Assembly: GCF_006345805.1 (NCBI RefSeq)
Contig: NC_043003.1
Coordinates: 682,001 to 746,000, forward strand
Direction of reading: 5' to 3'
Length of the DNA stretch: 64,000 nt
Origin: Octopus sinensis
Lineage: Eukaryota
The notes under the pieces were generated by a model. The model did not search any database, was not told the DNA's origin, and saw only the letters and a list, made by a program, of their open reading frames with translations. A program made the position numbers and the translations under genes. The first letter of the stretch is position 1. Each line of letters begins with the position of its first letter. Positions 11,180 through 24,390 of the stretch are shown here, one piece after another.

Positions 11180-12904
11180 TGTACCTGCACACAGACACAG
11201 ACACAGTTCCAAATTGTACAAAAAGCAAAAGACAGAGGTGGGTGAGAGAACAACAAACAAGGGATATCAGATTGACACTCAGGAAAAAAAATCAAAGAAA
11301 TCTTCGACATTTTGAGCATATGCTCCTCTACAGGAAGGAACGAAGAGAGAAAACAGATGGAGAGAAGGGGGAAAAATGGAGAGAAAAAAAAGGTGTCTGG
11401 ATTAATGGTTGCACGTGGGTGTGTATGGAAATGTGAATATGGATGGGTGTGTGTTTGTCTCCCCCCCCACCACCTCTTCACAACCTGTGTTGCTGTATTT
11501 ATGTCCCCATAACTTAGTGGTTCAGCAAAAGAAACCGATAGAATAAATACCAGACTTAAAAAACAAGTCCTGGGGCTGATTTGTTCTACTAGAAATTCTT
11601 AAAGGTGGTGCTCCAGCATGGCTGCAGTCCAATGACTGAAACGAGTAAAAGAATAAAAAGTAAATGGCTGACTAGTTCTTGTTTGGGATATGTGAATGGG
11701 CCTTTTGGCAGGTTCTCTATATGCACACCACATGCATGGGTGTGCTTGTCCCTTGTTGCCTTCATATCCTAAAATTGTTGCAAATGAACGCCTTTGTCAT
11801 ACAGTCAATGTGCATTTCTAATCCTTCTTATGAAGCCATGTCTGGCCATGGGGAAATATCCCCTCACTTGGAAATGTGTGAGGGTTGATGTCAGAAAGGG
11901 CACCCAACTGTAAAACGTCTGCCTCAACAAATTCCTTCCAACCCATGTGTTGTAGTGTGGATATTCTGTCCGCCACTTTGTGGTGCTGTATGCCACTTTT
12001 ATAACATGGACTAATAACAGGGCTATATACTATTATGACAAAAGGGGATAGACACCAGCTGTCTCCCACTTGATGTATTTCCAAACACTCTTCCAACAAA
12101 TGTAACCAATAGAAACCAACTCTCAATGAACTATTACAACTTGTCAACAATTTCCTGTGATTCCATGAATTCACAAACAACACATCTTCACTTTCAGTAT
12201 TTTCTCATGCTCTCAGTCAAAACACACTTAAACACACTTATACGAGTTTGGCTAGTCCATTCTCACAGGGGGTGTCATGATTCTTGCCATAACACCATGA
12301 AAGCATGTGGAGGCACAAGGCTTAATGGTTAGGATATTGGACTCATGATTGTAAGATTGTGGTTTTGATTCCTGAACTGGGTGATGCGTTGTGTTCACAA
12401 GCAAAACACTTCATTTCATGTTGCTCCAGTCCACTCAGCTGGTCAAAAAAGAGTAATCCTGCAACTGACCAGTGTCTCATTTAGGGAGGAATATATATAT
12501 ATAAGCCAGAGAAACCAGGAAGTAATGGGGACTAACCCGTGGATGCATGCAAAAGTGGTTGTTAAATGATGATGAGACAATCAACCTTGGTGCCATGATA
12601 AAATGTACTCCACACATTTGACAGTATGTAAAGTGGTTGGGGACGTGAAGAGCATCCAGCTGCAGAAACCAAACGAACAGGATGAGATTGATGTAATTCC
12701 TCTAATCCAACTGGAGAGGTGGTGGTTGCTCCAAAAACGGAAGTATTGCTATGACTCTCTCTCTCTCCCCGCTCTCTCCCTCTCCCCCTCTCTCCCCTCT
12801 CTCTCCCTCTCTTTTTTAGGTCTGGTGCTTATTCTGTCAGACTCTTTCGCTAAACCACTTAAACACATATAAACACACCAATTACACATACATTATACAT
12901 ATTC

Positions 12905-13312
12905 TTTTATTCTTTTACATGTTTCAGTCATCTGACTGCAGAAATGCTGGAGCACTGCCTTAAAGGGTTTTAGCCGAACAAATCGACCCCAAGACTTATT
13001 CTTTGTAAACTTCGCACTTATTCTATTGGTCTTTTTTTGCCAAACTGCTAATTTACAGGGATGTAAGCACACCAACATCGGTTGTCAAGTGATGATGGGG
13101 GAACAAACACAGACACAAAGACAGGAACACATAAATATATACATATATATGACAGGCTTCTTTCAGTTTCCATCTATCAAATCCACTCACAAGGCTTTTT
13201 TGAACCCAAGGCTATATTAGAAGACACTTGCCCAAGGTGCCATGCAGTGGGACTGAACCCAGAACCATATAGTTGGGAAGTGAGCTTCTTACCACACAAC
13301 TATGCCCATGCC
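12905..13312 (-). mobile_element. SINE family A
   Basis: Reverse complement of the A consensus. Confidence 0.85.
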
Positions 13313-13324
13313 TATATATATATA

Positions 13325-13822
13325 TATCATCATCATCATCATCATTGTTTAACGTCCGCTTTCCGTGCTAGCATGGGTTGGACAATTTTGACTGAGGGCT
13401 GGCGAACCAGATGGCTGCACCAGGCTCCAATCTTGATCTGGCAGAGTTTCTACAGCTGGATGCCCTCCCTAACGCCAACCACTCCGAGAGTGTAGTGGGT
13501 GCTTTTACGTGCCACCGGCATGGGGGCCAGTCAGGCGACGTTGGTAATGATCACGCTCGAATGGTGCCCTTTTACGTGCCACTGGCATGGAAGCCAGTTG
13601 GCTGCTCTGGCAATGATCACGCTCGGATGGTGCTCTTGGCACCCTACTAGCACGGATGCCAGTCACCGAATGTGATTTTGATTTTGATTTCACTTGCCCC
13701 AACAGGTCTTCACAAGCAGAGTTTAGTGTCCAAGGAAGGAAAACGTACGCATAAGTGGGCTGGTTACGCTCCTGGCATGAGCCACAGGTAATGATCTCCT
13801 TTGGCTTGCCGGGTCTTCGCAT
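13325..13822 (-). mobile_element. Long family-C copy extending 5' to a probable LINE ORF end
   Basis: The minus strand starts AAGACCCGGCAAGCC (K-T-R-Q-A), passes GAAGACCTGTTG-GGCAAGTGAAATC and tandem subunits, and ends in the (GAT)n tail. Confidence 0.75.
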
Positions 13823-15004
13823 ACATATATATGTGTGTGTGTGTGTGTGCGTGTGTGAAGGTACATGGCCTAGTGGTTAGAGTGTTGCTCTCACGATTGT
13901 AAGATCATGGGTTTGATTCCCAGCCTGGGAATCTGTGTAGTTGTTCGGTAAGAAACTGTCGATCCTTCATACATCGTCTAACAATGGGAGAATTTGTTAT
14001 TATATATACGTACACATATAATGGGCATCTTTCAGTCTGCATGTACGAAATCCACTTAGAAGGCTAAAGGCTGTAGTAGAAGACACTTGCCCAAGGTGCC
14101 ATGCAGTGGGACTGAACCTGGAACCATGTAGTTGGGAAGCAAACTTCTTACCACACAGCCACCCCTTCACACACACACATGATGGCAACAATATAAATCA
14201 TTCATTATACATGCTTATATGGTTATAACTTTGTGTGCGTGTGTATACTCATCCCTTGATGGCGAGGGAAAAAAAACCCTTCATGTGATCACTTGATTTG
14301 CTAGAAACAACAGTTGAATATCCCTGGGATCATACTGTACCATTTTCCTTTCAAAGGCCACCAGATCATTACAGATTGTTGGCCTACATTATATGTTCCT
14401 CTCACCTTTTTGCTTTTGAAAAACAATAAAAGCCAAAAAAATACTCAAAAATCTCCAACAAAACAGGATGGTTATGAGCAGAGTATCTTTGATCTTTGGT
14501 CTGCATAATGACCAGCGCTGATCTGGGCACTAAATAACAGCCACATTGACTACGATAAGCAGCAATTGCTGATTGGGGTCAGGCGAAAATAGCGAGAAAT
14601 GGTTGAAGACAAAAGAAGACACCCTAATTACTTTAACCGGGTGAGACAAAATGTCAGCCAGTTCTTGGTTCAGTTGAGCATTGAAAAGTTATGGAAAATC
14701 ATAAAGACAACAACAATAGCAACAACAACAATAATGATGTTTGATAATGAAGCAGACCTTTCTGGTCTGATGTTAACAGGACAATGAATTAATGGGTCAG
14801 TCGATAAATAAATCAAAGGAAGTAAAGAGAATGAGTCATGCTTATTATAACCTGATGAATTATATATATGTGTGTATGGGTGTGTGTGGTGTGTGTGTGT
14901 GTGTGTGTGTGCATAAATATATATACACACACACAATTATATATATATATACATATATATATACATCTACACACACACATATATATGTGTATATAAACAT
15001 ACAC

Positions 15005-15060
<56 letters not shown>

Positions 15061-15159
15061 CCACTATACTTGATGCATTTATATAAATGTGTTTGTGTGT
15101 GTATATATATGTATAACCTGATGCATTATGTGTGCACATATATATTTGTTTACTATCCA

Positions 15160-15372
15160 CAGGGGGCTAAACACAGAGGGGACAAACAAGGACAGACAAA
15201 GGGATTAAGTCGCTTATATCGACCTCAGTGCGAAACTGGTACTTAATTTATCAATCCCGAAAGGATGAAAGGCAAAGTCGACCTTGGCGGAATTTGAACT
15301 CAGAACGTAACGTCAGACAAAATACGGCTAAGCATTTCGCCCAGCGTGCTAACGATTCTGCCAGCTCCTCGT
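15160..15372 (-). mobile_element. SINE family B
   Basis: Reverse complement of the B consensus. Confidence 0.85.
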
Positions 15373-15640
15373 CGCCTTAAATGTGTGCACATATAGCTAG
15401 AGGCTGATAAGCTGTGTGTGTATGTGTGTCTGTACCTATAACCTGTTGCATTATATATGCATGTGTGTGTAAGTTTATAACCTGAAGCATAGTGTGTGTG
15501 GCTAAGTGGTTAGGGTATTTAGCTTAGAGATGCCCTAAATAAATAGTGGAGTTGGTTTGCTCAGGTGCTCCAGCATGGCCGCATGCAGTATAATGACTAA
15601 TACAAGTAAAAGATAAAAAAAAACAGAGAGAGAGAGAGAG

Positions 15641-15697
<57 letters not shown>

Positions 15698-15790
15698 AAA
15701 TGGGAACGGAGGGGGTAAGGACATCAAGATCAGATAGAATCATTGACCAAAGCAGTCAGGTGGAAAAGACTGCTTTGTAAGTGAGAGAGG

Positions 15791-15830
<40 letters not shown>

Positions 15831-16053
15831 GGGGTGGGGAGGGGGGAGACATGAATGTACTTGTTGCAATATTCAAGGATGTTGTAGCCAGGGTGACTGG
15901 AGAAAAAAGAGGAGTCACCAAATACCACATATATACGTATATATATATATATATATACATATACATACATGCTGTTGCATCTATGTGTGTATATTCATAC
16001 ACACACATATTCATACACACACACACACATATCCAGTCACCAAATACCACATA

Positions 16054-16093
<40 letters not shown>

Positions 16094-16940
16094 GTATATA
16101 CACATACATACATGCATATATATATATACACATATATAGATACATGCATATATATATGCATATATATATATATATCATCATCATCATCATCATCATCATC
16201 GTTTAACGTCCGTTTTCCATGCTGGCATGGGTTATATATAATATATATATATATATATACACACACATACATATAAATAAATACATATATATATGTACAC
16301 ACACACACACACACACACATATATGCACAAACACACAAACATACACACACACACACACACACAAGGCTGACCAACAGCATGTTTGCAGACGGATGGTAGT
16401 GAAGATGGTGATGAGAACAATGACCACAGGGAGAGACAGGCAGAGCTCTGACCGATGGACTTCTTCTTGTTATAAGTATTAATAGAAGAAGCAAGGGTAG
16501 AGCCGTTTGCAGTGGTGGTGGTGGTAGTAGTAGTGATGGCAGAGACAATTGTGGTGGTGGTGGTGGTGGTGGTAATAACAATAGTGGTGGCAGTGTTGGT
16601 GGTAGAAGTTGCAGCGGTGGTGATCGTTGAAGTTGTAGTGGTAGTACTAGTAACGGTAGTAGTAGTGGTGGTGGTGGTGGTGGTGGTGGTGGTGGTGGTG
16701 GTGGTGGTATTAATGTGAGAGGACAAGGGTGGTGGTGGTTGATGATGGGAAGATGAAGAATGATCCGGCAAACGTGTTGAAACAGGATCAATCTGCACAA
16801 ATGATGCAGAGTTCCACTTCTTTTGTGTCTCATTAATTTCTAGGATGAAGCTATTGTTGTTGCTGTTGTTGTTGACGTTCTTTTACTCGGGAAGCATCTA
16901 TAGGTGTATAAGGGAATAATGGTCATCTTGTATGTGTAGC

Positions 16941-17020
<80 letters not shown>

Positions 17021-17166
17021 GGTCCCGGGTTGAGTCGGGGTTAACCACAGTAAATAAGGTACTCAATACATAGCAGAGTAAATTAATTTATTTTATAGAA
17101 TGAAACAGTTCTAGTCCTGTAGAAGCTCCTTCTATAAAATAAATATATATATATATATATATATAT

Positions 17167-17362
17167 TTACTCCTTTACTTGTTTCAGTCATTTGACTGTG
17201 GCCATGCTGGAGCACTGCCTTTAGTCGAGCAAATTGACCCCAGGACTAATTCTTTGTAAGCCTAGTACTTATTCTATCGGTGTCTTTTGCCGAACTGCTA
17301 AGTTATAAGGAACGTAAACACACCACCATCGGTTGTCAGGTGATGCTGGGGGGACAAACACA

Positions 17363-17412
<50 letters not shown>

Positions 17413-17563
17413 CATGACGGGCTTCTTTCAGTTTCTGTCAACCTAATCCACTCACAAGGCTTTGGTCAGCCAGAGGCTATAGTAGAAGACACTTGCCCAA
17501 GGTGCCACGCAGTGGGACTGAACCCGGAACCATGCTACTTACCACACAGCCATTCCTACGCCT
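17167..17563 (-). mobile_element. SINE family A
   Basis: Reverse complement of the A consensus with a central (CA)n. Confidence 0.9.
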
Positions 17564-17709
17564 AAATAAATATATATATTTATGTATTTATTTTTGGTCG
17601 CTGTCATAGATTTGGAAATTTTAGAATTAAGTGAAAATTTTCAAATTTGATATATTGATTTAATTTTTTATTTGGGATTCATTTGGGATTGAGTCAAGTA
17701 CATCAACAT

Positions 17710-18002
17710 CAAAAATCAATGGAAATTGTAGTTGTGATCCCTGTGCTGGTGGCACGTATAAAGCACCATCCGAATGTGGCCGATGCCAGCACCGCCTTGA
17801 CTGGCTTCCGTGCCGGTGGCACGTAAAAAGCATCCACTACACTCATGGAGTGGTTGGCATTAGGAAGGGCATCAAGCTGTAGAAACACTGCCAGATCAGA
17901 CTGGAGCCTGGTGCAGCCTTCTGGCTTCCCAGACCCCGGTCGAACTGTCCAACTCATGCTAGCATGGAAAACGGACGTTAAACGATGATGATGATGATGA
18001 TA
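17710..18002 (+). mobile_element. Family-C repeat
   Basis: Matches the C consensus with a CATCAATGGAAATTG 5' extension and (GAT)n tail. Confidence 0.9.
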
Positions 18003-18056
18003 AAGTTACTTGGAAATGGATGCATGACATTCAATGAAATAATAATATAAATAATA

Positions 18057-18769
18057 TATATTTTGTTGTGTCTGGGGTGAGTTCTTCTCTTTTGGTGTCT
18101 TACAATTTAACACACTCACCGGTAAAATTTCCACTTATTTCCTTGTTTGTTTTTCTAAAATTTTCGTTGTGTCTTGCAACTATTAAAGAGGTTGCAAGAC
18201 ACAACGAAAATTTTAGAGCAAATAACTAAGTAAATGAGTGGAAATTGAACCGGTGAATGTGTTAAATGATAAGGCCCTAAAAGAGAACGACTCTCCCCAG
18301 ACACAACAAAATATGCTTCAACACACGAACTCACATAAAGAATCCTGCAAACCAAATCCAAAAACGAAATCTATATATATACGTTTAAATATTTGTTGTG
18401 CAAGAATTTTTATGTGAAGTTGTGTGTTGAAACAGATATTGTTGTATTTAGGAATGGTCATTTTGCCAGTTTAGCCAATAAAAACACACGCACTATATAT
18501 TTGGTGTTATTTTGCTTCAGTGTTATTTATTTTTTACATTAATCTTAATCTTATTTCGGCCAAAGTTCTTTCGTCACACTCCTGTGACCGCATCAGTGGT
18601 CCTTTGTTTTCTTCTCACTTATTTGTGTCTCTCCTTACTAACCGTCAGCCATTTTCTATCAAAAATGGCTATAACACTGAAAAAATAAATAACACTGAAG
18701 CAAAATAACACCAAATATATAGTGCGTGTGTTTTTATTGGCTAAACTGGCAAAATGACCATTCCTAAAT

Positions 18770-18779
<10 letters not shown>
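18057..18779. mobile_element. Cluster of inverted terminal-repeat fragments (Penelope-like) forming three consecutive hairpins
   Basis: Arms 18057-18180/18191-18314 (27-bp perfect inner stem), ~18313-18357/18392-18435, and 18436-18535/18680-18779 (100 bp, essentially perfect). Confidence 0.7.
18558..18602 (-). ncRNA. Minimal type-I hammerhead-ribozyme-like motif (core variant A9C)
   Basis: The minus strand reads GGACCA-CTGATGC-G-GTCAC-AGGAGT-GTGAC-GAAA-GAAC-TT-TGGCC, giving stem I CCA/TGG, a 5-bp stem II, and a 2-bp stem III AG/CT. Confidence 0.6.
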
Positions 18780-18820
<41 letters not shown>

Positions 18821-20269
18821 TGCAGTTACCACCTTATTGAGGCATTCGCATCTTTGTCTTTATATATTTGTACAATATATACATAAATACAAACACATAT
18901 ACATATATATATACACATGCACACACATATACACACAACACACAAATATTTAAATATAATGTATTTGATTTTTTCACTTTCCTTTTCCCCCTGTTCTCTT
19001 CCTGTCTCATGCAGGGGGCACAAAAAATGCAGTCAGCACATACTGTAAGTTGGTTGACATTAGGAAGGGCATCCAGCCATAGAAACCATGTCAAAGCAAA
19101 CACTTGACCTTGGTGTAACCCGGTGGCTTGCTATATCCCATCAGACCACTGATGGCAGAGTAGAAAATGGATGTTAAATGATGATGATGGCAATGTGTGT
19201 GTGTGTGAGGTATTGGCTTGAATTCAGTGGTGACAATGCTTACGTTTGCTATAAACAAGATGTCTGGCAGTGGTTTGAAGTACGCAGATATAAATACATT
19301 ATTTGGAAATCAAAAGTTGGCATCAGGAAGGGTATCCATCAAAAGATTATTGCCTTGAGAAACCTTGTCCAAGCCATGACTGTATGGAAAAAGAAGGCAT
19401 ACAGGTATTCAAGATGACGTTACATCAAAAATTGTGTTTTGAGACTGCGATGATGTTTGATGACGTCATCTGGTTGTGTTGTTCTATTGTGTAATCCATT
19501 AATATGCAAATAAATGACCATGCTATAGAAACATACATAACATAACTAAATAATTGACTCCATTCACACACATATATGTATAGATGAAAGAGAGAGAGAG
19601 AGAGAGAGAGAGAGTTACATAGAGAGATGGAGAGAATGATGTAATACAGTGAGAGATGGATGCCAAGAATAACGGTGGAATAAATGGATGGCTGGACACG
19701 GAGATAGTTCAGTAAATCAACAGCCAAGTATTAAGTTTGTTTAATGGTTTTCGCTTCATTTCTATAGGAAATAAAACATCCTTTGCAGGTTATTTTTTTA
19801 ACAAATTCCTTAAATTTTAGTGATTGCTGTTACATCTATGTGTGTATATTCACACACACACACACACACACATATCCAGTCTGTTCATCTGTTAGTTTCC
19901 TGTACTGTGTGTATGAGTATATTTGCATGTATGTGTTCACACTCACATGTCTACACACACACACACACACACACACACATGCTTTTTGCTTATTTGTCTA
20001 TTAATATCCATGTATGTGTGGATGTATTTTTGTGTAAATGTTTTTCATGTTTGCCTGGTGTGGAAGACATTAGAAGTTCAAATCCTGTCAACAGGTTATC
20101 CCTCTCCCTGCCCCTCCCCTCAAACGTTTATCTTAAAATATGCTTCACATGTCTGCATAGACTATAAATTCTTTAAAATTCTCCAAGGCATAACCGAATC
20201 AGCATCCGTGAATAGAGATCACAAATGCTGAACACTTCTTTCTTTCTACAAGAAACTGTTTTAAGCATC

Positions 20270-20620
20270 ATCATCATCATTGTTGTTTAGCATCCGCTTT
20301 CCATGCCGGCATGGGCTGGATGGTTTGACTGGGGACTGGCGACCCAGAAGGCTGCACCAGGCTCCAGTCTGATCTGGCAAGGTATCTACAGCTGGATGCC
20401 CTTCCTAACGCCAACCACTCCAAGAGTGTAGTGGGTGCTTTTTATGTGCCACCAGCATGGGAGCCAGTCAGGCGGCACTGGCACCAGCCATGTGCAGATG
20501 GTGCTTTTTATGTGCCACTGGCACAGGAGCCAGTCGGGGTGGGGTGGGGTGGGGGCTGTCATTGTTGACATTCGGTTGGTGCTTTTTACGTGCCATCACC
20601 ATGGGGAGCCAGTCAGGCAC
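20270..20620 (-). mobile_element. Family-C repeat
   Basis: (CAT)n followed by the reverse complement of the C consensus with several subunits. Confidence 0.85.
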
Positions 20621-21135
20621 ACACATGCGTAAGGGCACATGAATAATCAACATCATCATATCGTAGTCATCATATGATGTCTCTCTTCCATGCTAGCAGA
20701 GTTTGGTTTGACAGGAACTGGCAAGGACCGAGAGAACGGCATCAGACTCCAGTCTCTACTTTGGAATGGTTTCTATGGCTGGATGCCCTCTTTAGTGCCA
20801 ACCACTTTCTTTACAGAGTGTGCTGGGTGATTTTTGTGTGACACCAACACCAGTGCCTTGTATGTGGCACCATCACAGGTGTTTTTTTTATGTGGCACCA
20901 GCACCTGCAGGGTGACCAAGTCACTTGCAAGACAAAAGCCTCTTAGCTGGGAGAAGGAGTGAAACCGAAGGAAGTGGCTGTGTGCCAGGCAAGAAGTTAG
21001 AGGAATAATAACAAAGATAATCTTAATTAGGATTATGATTACAACATTGTTGATGATGATGATACTGATAATTATGATGATGACGGTGATGATGATGACG
21101 ATGATAATGGTGGTATGAAATATTAGGTAATGTTA

Positions 21136-21518
21136 GGTGTAGGAGTGGCTGTGTGGTAAGTAGCTTGCTTACCAACCACATGGTTCTGGGTTCAGTTCCA
21201 CTGCGTGACACCATGGGCAAGTGTCTTCTACTATAGCCTTGGGCCGACCAAAGCCTTGTGAGTGGATTTGGTAGACAGAAACTGAAAGAAGCCCGTCTTA
21301 TATATGTATATATATATCTATATATGTGTGTGTGTGTGTATATGTTTGTGCCCCCAACAACATCATTTGACAACCGATGCTGGCGTGTTTACATCCCTGT
21401 AACTTAACGGTTCGGCAAAAGAGACCGATAGAATAAGTACTAGGCTTGCAAAGAATAAGTCCTGGGGTTGATTTGCTCGACTAAAGGTGGTGACTGAAAC
21501 AAGTAAAAGAGAGTAAAA
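21136..21518 (+). mobile_element. SINE family A
   Basis: Matches the A consensus. Confidence 0.9.
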
Positions 21519-22089
21519 AGTAAGGGTGAGCTGGGCAACGTGCTGAATGGCATTTTGTTCATCTTTACGCTCTGAGTTCAAATTCCACCGAGGGTGAATT
21601 TACTTTTCCTCCTGTCAGGGTCAGCAAAATATGTATCAGCCAAACACTAGGGTCAATGTGACTGACTTACACCCCCGCCCCCTCAAATATTGCTGGCTTT
21701 GTGCCAAAATTTGAAAGCAATTTGTAATGTCAGGTTTTTTTAAACTTACCCAAAAATCTTTTCAGAAAGTTTTAGTTTTCTGAAAAGAAAAAAAAAACAC
21801 AAATATAGTTTTAAAGTTATTATATATTATAAATATACGAAATGGATGCAAATATATGTGAAAAATATGTAAATTTTATTCAAATATATTATTTTCCTTT
21901 TTTTTAAAGAAAAAGAAAGTTTATAATAATTGAAATTAAGAATCCTCAATAGTTGAAATCCGTACTGTATGCACCCCATCTATACATACACATATATAAT
22001 ATATACACATACACACACATTTTATATATGTGTATATATATACACACACACATACATATTTTATAATATAAATATATATATATATTGAG

Positions 22090-22365
22090 TGTGGGCTTCA
22101 TGAAGGCAAAGTGGCTGAGTTCCTTTCGAGCGTTGGGCCTCAGAGAGGCAAGGACCAAGACCTTTGGCATTATGTTGTGCTTGAGAAGAAGAACCATCAA
22201 GGTGAGTAAAATCGCAGTCATGGCAGATAGTGGTGTCACACAAATGGCACCCCTGCCGGTGGCACATAAATGCGCCCCAGAGTTACACAAATGGCACCCA
22301 TGCTGGTGGCATGTAAAAAGCACCCATTACACTCTTGGAGTGGTTGGCGTTAGGAAGGGGATCCT
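22090..22365 (+). mobile_element. Family-C variant with a different 5' extension, 3'-truncated
   Basis: GACCTTTGGCATTATG...CATCAAGGTGAGTAAAATCGCAG leads into GGTGGCAC subunits and GGAGTGGTTGGCGTTAGGAAGGG. Confidence 0.6.
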
Positions 22366-22680
22366 TCCTAATGTCAACTCCTTTACAAAGTATGCTGGGT
22401 GCTTTTTATGTGGTACCAGCAATGGTAGGGGTCACCAAGCAACTAGCTAGACCAGGACCCTTTTTACCAGGAGTGGTGGAGAGGTAATGTTGGGGAAGGT
22501 GGCTTATGCCAGTTTGTGAGACATTAAAGGGATAGAGACAGGTGTCTTGTTGGCAGGGAGATACATGGGTACCCTTAAAGGGGAGAGAGAGAGAGAGAGA
22601 GAGGCTTAGAGAGAAAGAGAGTAACAAAGAAATAGATAAGGAGTTAGAGAGAACGAGTAACAAAGAGAGATATGATGGTA

Positions 22681-22721
<41 letters not shown>

Positions 22722-24084
22722 CACACACACACACACACACACTGAATCGAAGCTGAATTGCGATCACTTCATGGGGCTGGAGCCTTTTAGATGACAATAA
22801 CCAGATGATTTCATTAAGTAGAGAATGCAATAATGTCTTGAATGTATTCAGGACTAATTTTGCTAACAATAAATGTGTGTATATATGCATGATTGTGTGT
22901 GTATAACTAGACCGATATATGATCACATGCTGGTTTGTATATCTGTTTATTGTAATTCACATCAAAGTAATTACTCGTATTGAATCCATTGTCTCCAGTT
23001 CCTTCCTTCCTTCCTTCCTTCCTTCTTTTAGTTTTCTTTTCCATTTCGGTAAATGCTCACCGGCAGAAACATTACAATTTTACAAATGGATTTCTCTAAA
23101 CCATTCTTTGGTGAACCATTAATAATGGCCAGCAACAATGGAGCTAAACCAAGCCATTAGCAATCATAACAACTTTCACAAAGTCTGTAATAAGAGAGAC
23201 AGACCAATCACTGAATCCAGTTCAACTGGCCCTGGAAACGGTTCTCTTTTGGCTTCTACTTGTGTCAGTCATGAGATTGGGGCACCACCTCAAAGAATTT
23301 TACTTGAACAAATCGACCCCTGTACTTATTTCAAAGCTTGTTACTTATTCTATCAGTCCCTTTTGCTGAACCACTAAGTTACGGGGACATAAACAAACCA
23401 ACACTGGTTGTCAAGTGGTGGTGGAGGGCAAACACACACAGACACAGACACACACACATATGTATGACAGGCTTCTTTCAGTTTCAATCTACCAAATCCA
23501 CTGACAAAGCTTTGGTTGACCCAAGGTTATAGTAAAAAACACTTGCCCAAGATGAATATGCAGTGGAACTGAACCCAGAACCCTGTGGTTGGGAAGAAAA
23601 CTTCTTACCACACAGCAACGCTTGCACCTGCAGATGTGGTTGTGTTTGGGATCAGCTTTGTATTGTTTGAAGGTGGAAGTAGTAGGGATGGGGGTATATG
23701 ATATTCGTGATTGATTGATTGATTGATTGATTGATAGACGTTTTGCTTTGAATGAATGGAGCCAACAATGTAGTTTAATGAAGACCCTTTGGTGTTTAGG
23801 GCACAAGGCAATCCAATTGGTGCTGCAGCTATGATAAAGTGTAAAGTTGAACAGAGTTAATATACAGGCACAAGGCCTCAAATTTGGGGTAAGGGACCAA
23901 GTCAATTACATCAACCCCAGTATGCAACTGGTACTTAATTTATTGACCCCAAAAGGATGAAAGGCAAAGTCAACCTCAGCAGAATTTGAACTCAGAACGT
24001 AGCGAAAGGGGCGAAATACTGCTAAGCATTTTGTCCAGTGTGCTAAGGATTCTGCCAGCTTGCTGCCTTGAACAGAGCTAATAT

Positions 24085-24390
24085 CATCATCATCATCATC
24101 ATCATCGTTTAATGTCCGCTTTCCATGCTAGCATGGGTTGGACGATTTGACTGAGGACTGGCGAACCAGATGGCTGCGCCAGACTCCGATCTGATCTGGC
24201 AGAGTTTCTACAGCTGGATGCCCTTCCTAACGCCAACCTCTCTGAGAGTGTAGTGGGTGCTTCTATGTGCCACCAGCACGAGGGCCAGTCAGGGGGTACT
24301 GGCAACGGCCACGCTCAAATGGTGTTTTTTATGTGCCACCTGCACAAGTGCCAGTAAGGTGACGCTGGTAGCGATCATGCTCTGGCAAGA
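24085..24390 (-). mobile_element. Family-C repeat
   Basis: Reverse complement of the C consensus. Confidence 0.9.

Noticed and set aside
17088-17145. 15-bp inverted repeat around GAAACAGTTCTAGTC, possibly half a hammerhead
   Set aside because: There is no CUGANGA half. It is probably another truncated terminal remnant, but this cannot be supported.
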